A stretch of DNA of 64,000 nt from Promethearchaeota archaeon (GTDB taxonomy: Archaea > Asgardarchaeota > Lokiarchaeia > Sigyniarchaeales > SOKP01). A program made the translations under genes and the position numbers. This document shows, in pieces, positions 58,942-64,000 of the stretch (positions are counted from its first letter, which is position 1; every line of letters begins with the position of its first letter). Under the pieces are notes generated by a model. The model was given only the letters and a program-made list of their open reading frames with translations, did no database searches and was not told the origin of the DNA. The DNA lies in NCBI GenBank assembly GCA_016839705.1, contig JAEOTR010000017.1:55396-119395 (forward strand), in the 5' to 3' direction.

Positions 58942-60276
58942 TTAATAATCGATCTTTGGGATAATATCCTCTACTTCCCCGCGTGTAGGTTTATATTTAA
59001 AGAATCTTCTTGACTCGCTATCCTCTAAAACATAGTTAGAACCTCCTCCGTGAAGCATGCAATAAGGATCTAACAACCCAATTTCATTCGCATATTGACG
59101 AGTAAACCCGCGTCCCCCTAGAGTTCTAAAACAATGAATCGCGCTCTCAAAACCTAGTTCTGTTGAGCTAATTTTCAATCCCATTGCATTAGCTGCCATT
59201 AATTTAGAATCAGCTAATTCTGGATGTTCATCCATTTGTCGAGAATATTGAATTAATGCTGATAACATTAAATTCAATTCTCTAATTTTTTGAGAAATTG
59301 GAAAGCGAATAACTTGGTATTGATGGAGCCTTTTTTCAAATTGCATACGTTGAAGAGCGTAAGCATGAGAATAGAGTAATTTTTTCATCGCATCCCCAAG
59401 TGCTTCCGCACTAATAACTAGTCTTTCTTCAGTTAATTGGTGAAAAGCGATATCAAGACCATGACCGTGAAGTAAATTTTCCTTTGGAAGTTCTACTCTG
59501 TCAAAAATTAGTCGGCTTACAAATGCATCAGTCATCCCATAGGTACTTATCCGTGTACTTCTAAAGTCTTTTAACTGTTGGTGTTCGGTATCAACCACTA
59601 CAGCTGCTAACTGTCCATTATCCAATCGTCCATATAAAATTATATAGTCGGCAATCATTCCATTAGTAATAAACAATTTCTTACCTTTTGCAATTAATTT
59701 GTTGTCTTTTTCATGTAATCTGAGTTCCATACTAAATATGTCCGAACCCGCATTAAATTCTGTCATCGCAGAAGCACCAATTTCACCATTTTGAGCAACG
59801 GGGACTAAAAATTTGTCTTTTTGAACACTATCAGAAGCATAATTTACGGGATTACAATATAACGTACCGCCTGCTAAACGCCCCATATCAATGCTATAAT
59901 TCCCCGCAATATATCTCTCACTGTAATCGCTCCATCTACCACCACAAATAGCAAATGCTATAAGAGCATTACGAGTGATCCTTCCAACTTCGAAATCTTC
60001 AGTATTAAGAATTGTAGAGTAATATCCTTTATCCGATAGTTTCTTCATGATCCCTATAACAATTTCTTTCTTTCTATCCTGAGTTGGTTCTTCAACAAAG
60101 TAATTCAAATCCTCTAATTTTCTTAATTCAGGATCGAGTTCTTTTTCCATAAAATCATAAAGATCAGCTAAAAATTCCTTTTCCTTGGCGTTTAAAATTG
60201 GATTGCTTAATAAGTCTAGCTCAGGAACATATCTTATAATTTCAATTGGTTTAAATTCTGTAATTCTTGTATCCAT
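58942..60276 (-). CDS. Acyl-CoA dehydrogenase family protein
   Basis: AMTEFNAGSD, GKKLFITNG, ERL, RMQFEK, LGGRGF. Confidence 0.9.
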   Translation of the reverse strand: MDTRITEFKPIEIIRYVPELDLLSNPILNAKEKEFLADLYDFMEKELDPELRKLEDLNYFVEEPTQDRKKEIVIGIMKKLSDKGYYSTILNTEDFEVGRITRNALIAFAICGGRWSDYSERYIAGNYSIDMGRLAGGTLYCNPVNYASDSVQKDKFLVPVAQNGEIGASAMTEFNAGSDIFSMELRLHEKDNKLIAKGKKLFITNGMIADYIILYGRLDNGQLAAVVVDTEHQQLKDFRSTRISTYGMTDAFVSRLIFDRVELPKENLLHGHGLDIAFHQLTEERLVISAEALGDAMKKLLYSHAYALQRMQFEKRLHQYQVIRFPISQKIRELNLMLSALIQYSRQMDEHPELADSKLMAANAMGLKISSTELGFESAIHCFRTLGGRGFTRQYANEIGLLDPYCMLHGGGSNYVLEDSESRRFFKYKPTRGEVEDIIPKIDY

Positions 60277-60354
60277 AATTTATCATCAATAGTATGTAAA
60301 ATTATAAAATTTTTACAATATTATTTAAAAATGAATTTTAAATAAAGATTTACC

Positions 60355-60382
60355 TTGATGAGTAGTCCTTTTTATTCATCAA
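60355..60382. promoter_or_regulatory. Inverted repeat in the divergent acyl-CoA dehydrogenase/thiolase intergenic region
   Basis: TTGATGAGTA-N8-TATTCATCAA (9/10 match). Confidence 0.4.
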
Positions 60383-60567
60383 CTTAATTTATGTTAAGGA
60401 AGTTTATTCTGGTATGCCCATGATATGTGAAATAGGATTTTTTTCCCACTTCTCATTTAATTAGTAATATTTTAATCGAAATAAAACATAACAATAAAAT
60501 ATTAAATTTAATAGAAAACTAAATTCTAAATAAAAATAGACGTGAAATTCTAAAAAGTGATTTTTAT

Positions 60568-61989
60568 ATGATTAAATTTAGCGATAAACAATTAAAAATC
60601 CCTAAATTAATGCGACCAGTTTATTTAGTTACAGTTGGAATGTCAAAATTTGACAGAGCATTCCCAGAAACTCGAACTGAAGAATTATGCGTGCAAGCAT
60701 TAACAGCAGCAGCAGATTTTGTTAATATGACCCCCTCTGAATTAAAACAATACATTCATACCTGCTATTATGGTCATTTTGCTGATCATTTTGGAGATCA
60801 ATTGCTAGGTGAATCTGTAATACATGATAGGCTTGGTTTAGATCCTTTGGGAAATATTGGAGTAAAAACAGGAGGAGCTACGGGAGGTTCTACTATGTGG
60901 GAAGCTGTTAAAGCAGTTGCTTCTGGATATAGTGATTGTGCTCTTGCTTTAGGATGGGAGAGAATGGACGAAGTACCAACTGATGAAGGAAACCACCTTA
61001 TTTCTTGTGCAGCGGATAAAGATTGGGAAACACCTCTGGGGCATATTTACACGGGATATTATGCTGTGATGGCTCAAAGATATTGGAAAGTTTTTGGAAA
61101 AGAAGAAGAGTCATTTCGGAGAACTATGGCAGAAATAGCTGTTAAAAATCGGGGATATGCAAGGATGAATCCTCATGCGCAGGGACCAATGAAGATAACA
61201 GTAGATGATGTCATCAATTCTCCTATTGTTGCATATCCACTTAGGGTTTTAGATTGTTGTTTGATGAGTGTTGGTTCTGCTTGTGGAATAGTCTGCGATG
61301 AAAAAACAGCATACCAAATAACTGATAAGCCTTTAAGGATTTATATTGCTGCGGGAAGTCATACCCTAAGAGTTGCAGATCGTCGTAACATGAAAATACC
61401 TCTTTTACCTAATGAAACATTGAGTCAGTATGATGATTTAGGAAAAAGATTTCCCGGTGGTGACCGTTATCCTGGATTTTCAAGCTTCTTGGCAGCACGG
61501 ATGTCAGCTTATTATGCCTATAATATGTCTGGAGTCGTTGATCCAAGTGAAGATCTTGATGTAGTTGAGCTTCATGATGCTTTTACTATAAGTGATATTC
61601 AAACTTATGAAGATATAGGGATTAGACCTTATGGAGAAGGAAGAGATTACATTGAGACCGGAGATGCATATGTAATTAATCCGAATACTAAAAAGCCAGG
61701 GAAATTACCCAGCAACCCATGTGGTGGTTTAATTGGATGTATGCATGCCGTAGGAGCAACTGGTCTTATGCAAATAGCGGAGATTGGGTACCACATTTGG
61801 AATCGATGGGATGAAATTCATGAACCTAAAGAAAAATGGGAAGCTTTTAAGCGAGAAAAACCTAAGGATTGGACAAGTTTGCAAGTAAAAGGAGCTAAAC
61901 GTGGTTTAGCAATTAGTCATGCCGGTGTTGGTTCTCACGTTACTTGTACGATTCTAATGGATCCAAATAATTTAATAAAGGAGGATTAG
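60568..61989 (+). CDS. Thiolase-superfamily protein (archaeal/SCP2-like type) apparently lacking the nucleophilic Cys
   Basis: AVKN, VELHDAF, NPCGGL..HAVGATG; KTGGATGG at the usual CASG position. Confidence 0.88.
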   Translation: MIKFSDKQLKIPKLMRPVYLVTVGMSKFDRAFPETRTEELCVQALTAAADFVNMTPSELKQYIHTCYYGHFADHFGDQLLGESVIHDRLGLDPLGNIGVKTGGATGGSTMWEAVKAVASGYSDCALALGWERMDEVPTDEGNHLISCAADKDWETPLGHIYTGYYAVMAQRYWKVFGKEEESFRRTMAEIAVKNRGYARMNPHAQGPMKITVDDVINSPIVAYPLRVLDCCLMSVGSACGIVCDEKTAYQITDKPLRIYIAAGSHTLRVADRRNMKIPLLPNETLSQYDDLGKRFPGGDRYPGFSSFLAARMSAYYAYNMSGVVDPSEDLDVVELHDAFTISDIQTYEDIGIRPYGEGRDYIETGDAYVINPNTKKPGKLPSNPCGGLIGCMHAVGATGLMQIAEIGYHIWNRWDEIHEPKEKWEAFKREKPKDWTSLQVKGAKRGLAISHAGVGSHVTCTILMDPNNLIKED

Positions 61990-61993
61990 AAAA

Positions 61994-62593
61994 ATGCCAA
62001 AAAAAGAAGAAGAAAAAGGATTTGTTGATGTTGTTAATGGTAGATACAAACCAAGAGGAGTATTTCACATCCCAGAAGCGAACCAGCCAATATTTAATAA
62101 GGATACAGGAAAATTAGCGGGTATTATTAATCCAAGAGATATGACTTATATGCACTCCTATGGGGGAGAAGCACCGTTTTTCGAGAATCTAAGTAAAGGT
62201 AAACTTATGGCCACCAGATGTGACAATGATAAATGTGAAGCGGAAGGTTCGGTTTTTATACCCTTTCGAATATATTGTCCAGATTGCCTAAGAAAAGCTA
62301 CAATAATAGATATGACAAAAACTGCCAAAGATACAGCAATTATTCATTCTTTTATAATAACTCATCGATCTGGAGCTTTTAACTCACTAAAAATTCCTAT
62401 AAAGTTTATTAATATCGAATTCGATACCGTAGTTACAATTTTAATGAGTTATCTTTCAGTTGGTGAACCTGAAATTGGAAAGCGTGTAATTCCCATTTTT
62501 AGAACAAAAAATCCTACTTATACTATTACAGATTTATCTTTTGTAATTGAAGGTACTATGGAATCTGAGCTTCCAGAAGGCTTTACATTTTAA
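61994..62593 (+). CDS. DUF35 Zn-ribbon/OB-fold thiolase partner
   Basis: FFENL..GKL.ATRC...C, YCPDC, OB-fold C-terminus; 4 nt downstream of the thiolase. Confidence 0.88.
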   Translation: MPKKEEEKGFVDVVNGRYKPRGVFHIPEANQPIFNKDTGKLAGIINPRDMTYMHSYGGEAPFFENLSKGKLMATRCDNDKCEAEGSVFIPFRIYCPDCLRKATIIDMTKTAKDTAIIHSFIITHRSGAFNSLKIPIKFINIEFDTVVTILMSYLSVGEPEIGKRVIPIFRTKNPTYTITDLSFVIEGTMESELPEGFTF

Positions 62594-62625
62594 TTATGTA
62601 AATCTTTTTTTTTATTTTTATTTTA
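62594..62625 (+). terminator. T-rich archaeal-type terminator
   Basis: Long T tract just after the DUF35 stop codon. Confidence 0.4.
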
Positions 62626-62701
62626 TATCAGCACAATTTCTATTATTTATATCAAAAAATGAAAAAGTAAAATAAAAAAGGAAAGAAATTGGTTTCAAAT
62701 G

Positions 62702-63577
62702 TTATTGAAGCAAATTAAAAATTTTACGAGTTTCGTCTGGAGTTGCTACTTCTCTTCCCGCAAGTTTTGCTACTTTTGCGGCCCACTCTACTTGCTCCCA
62801 TGATCCTTTTGCTAGTCGTCCACTAGGAACGCGAATATTGTCTTCTAATCCTACACGAATATGTCCTCCCATAGCTGCTGCACATAAACCAGCTCTAAAT
62901 TGATCCTTTGCTACTCCACATACACTCCATGAAGAACCAGAAGGTATCAAATTAAGAAATCCTGCTAAACTCTGATAAGAAAAAGGGACACCACCTAAAG
63001 TTCCAAATACGAATTGGAAATGGAGGGGCTTCTCAAACAAATCTTCTTGTTTATTGAGAAATAGAATGTTATATAATCCTCCAAAATCATATACTTCTAA
63101 TTCTGGTTTTGTTTTAGCTTTTTTCATTGCTTCAGCAAGAGTCTGGATGGTAAGGAAAGTGTTTCTGAATACTCCATCTGCATTTGCTACAACTTTTCCC
63201 GTTTTAAAATCACCAATGCTGAAATTCATCGAATTTGTGTTCAATGAAGCAATTAGAGGTTTAAAAGTTTGAGTTGGAGCAACTCTTTGCTCAAGTGTAA
63301 TTCCTACTGAGCTTGTTATATTTATTATAATCTCTGGAGCTTTCTCATTAATATTATCTATTACTGCTTTTATTTGATCTAAATCAGGAGTAGGCCATCC
63401 TGTTTTTTTATCTCTTGCGTGGATATGAACTGTTGATGCCCCAGCATCAAAACACTTTTTTGCTTCAACTCCAAACTCTTCTGGAGTGTAAGGAACTGCC
63501 GGATTTTGTTCTTTTGTCGTCGCGGATCCAACTAGAGCAACACTTATTACTAACTTATTTGATAAATCTTCTGTCAT
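62702..63577 (-). CDS. Beta-keto acid cleavage enzyme (3-keto-5-aminohexanoate cleavage/DUF849 family)
   Basis: NPAVPYTPEE, VHIHAR, KPELEVYD, GGHIRVGLEDN, GREVATP. Confidence 0.92.
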   Translation of the reverse strand: MTEDLSNKLVISVALVGSATTKEQNPAVPYTPEEFGVEAKKCFDAGASTVHIHARDKKTGWPTPDLDQIKAVIDNINEKAPEIIINITSSVGITLEQRVAPTQTFKPLIASLNTNSMNFSIGDFKTGKVVANADGVFRNTFLTIQTLAEAMKKAKTKPELEVYDFGGLYNILFLNKQEDLFEKPLHFQFVFGTLGGVPFSYQSLAGFLNLIPSGSSWSVCGVAKDQFRAGLCAAAMGGHIRVGLEDNIRVPSGRLAKGSWEQVEWAAKVAKLAGREVATPDETRKIFNLLQ

Positions 63578-63673
63578 AATCAAATCACATAAACAACTAA
63601 TGTAATAATATTACTACAAATAATATTTCTTACTAATATTTTACTTAATGAAGATAAAAATATTTCTCTTATT

Positions 63674-64000
63674 TTATTTAGCGTAGTTTTTCTGAATAAC
63701 ATTTCTTATAGTTTCAATGCTGTATTGAATATCATCCTCTTGAATCCCATAATGAGTTACAAAACGTATTTTCTTATTACTAATACTAAAGGCTAATATC
63801 CCTGCTCTTCCTAATTCTGTGATTATTTTGGATATATCTAGTTTGTTTAAATACTCAATTATTACAATATTCGTATCAGGTTCATGTACTTTTATTAGCG
63901 AATCCAGATTTTTTAGGCCATCGGCGAGTAATTTGGCATTTTTGTGATCTTCTTCTAACCTTTTAATCCATTTTGGTTCGAGTGCTACTAAACCAAAAGA
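63674..64000 (-). CDS. ltaE: Low-specificity L-threonine aldolase, C-terminal part (5' end outside the window)
   Basis: RLEEDHKNAKLLADGL, PDTNIV, IRFVTHYGI; TAA at 63674-63676. Confidence 0.8.
   Translation of the reverse strand, partial: SFGLVALEPKWIKRLEEDHKNAKLLADGLKNLDSLIKVHEPDTNIVIIEYLNKLDISKIITELGRAGILAFSISNKKIRFVTHYGIQEDDIQYSIETIRNVIQKNYAK

Noticed and set aside
600-63272. Short ORFs in the track that overlap larger genes (e.g. 600, 9453, 11435, 21286, 29735, 35924, 50784, 55149, 63054)
   Set aside because: They are antisense or alternate-frame shadows of well-supported genes and show no recognisable motifs
1-64000. CRISPR arrays, tRNA/rRNA genes, IS transposases
   Set aside because: No regularly spaced repeats, cloverleaf-forming GC-rich segments or transposase/integrase motifs were recognised by eye

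Overview
AT-rich archaeal chromosomal segment, most consistent with an Asgard (Lokiarchaeia-like) genome. This is inferred from archaeal housekeeping genes (rpl35Ae, XPD, RecJ/Cdc45-like DHH, archaeal-type GlyRS, H4MPT enzymes Mch/Mtd/Ftr) alongside several eukaryotic-signature proteins: a Rab-like GTPase, a RagA/Gtr1-like GTPase, a presenilin and a Zn-finger/PH/steadiness-box-like protein. It also carries a gcvT-H-PA-PB operon, purine salvage genes, acyl-CoA catabolism genes and two large membrane-anchored surface proteins. No rRNA, tRNA or CRISPR array was recognised. The most unusual locus is 53.2-56.1 kb: a free-standing wHTH-HTH-double-LAGLIDADG gene lies between the intact glpD 3' end and an orphan, diverged second glpD 3' end. 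That orphan end is fused back-to-back to a GC-rich peptidase-like gene fragment bounded by degenerate direct repeats. The ORF track also misses probable ATA starts for XPD and gcvPB and a 50-aa zinc-ribbon microprotein. All family assignments come from motif recognition by eye; no database searches were run.
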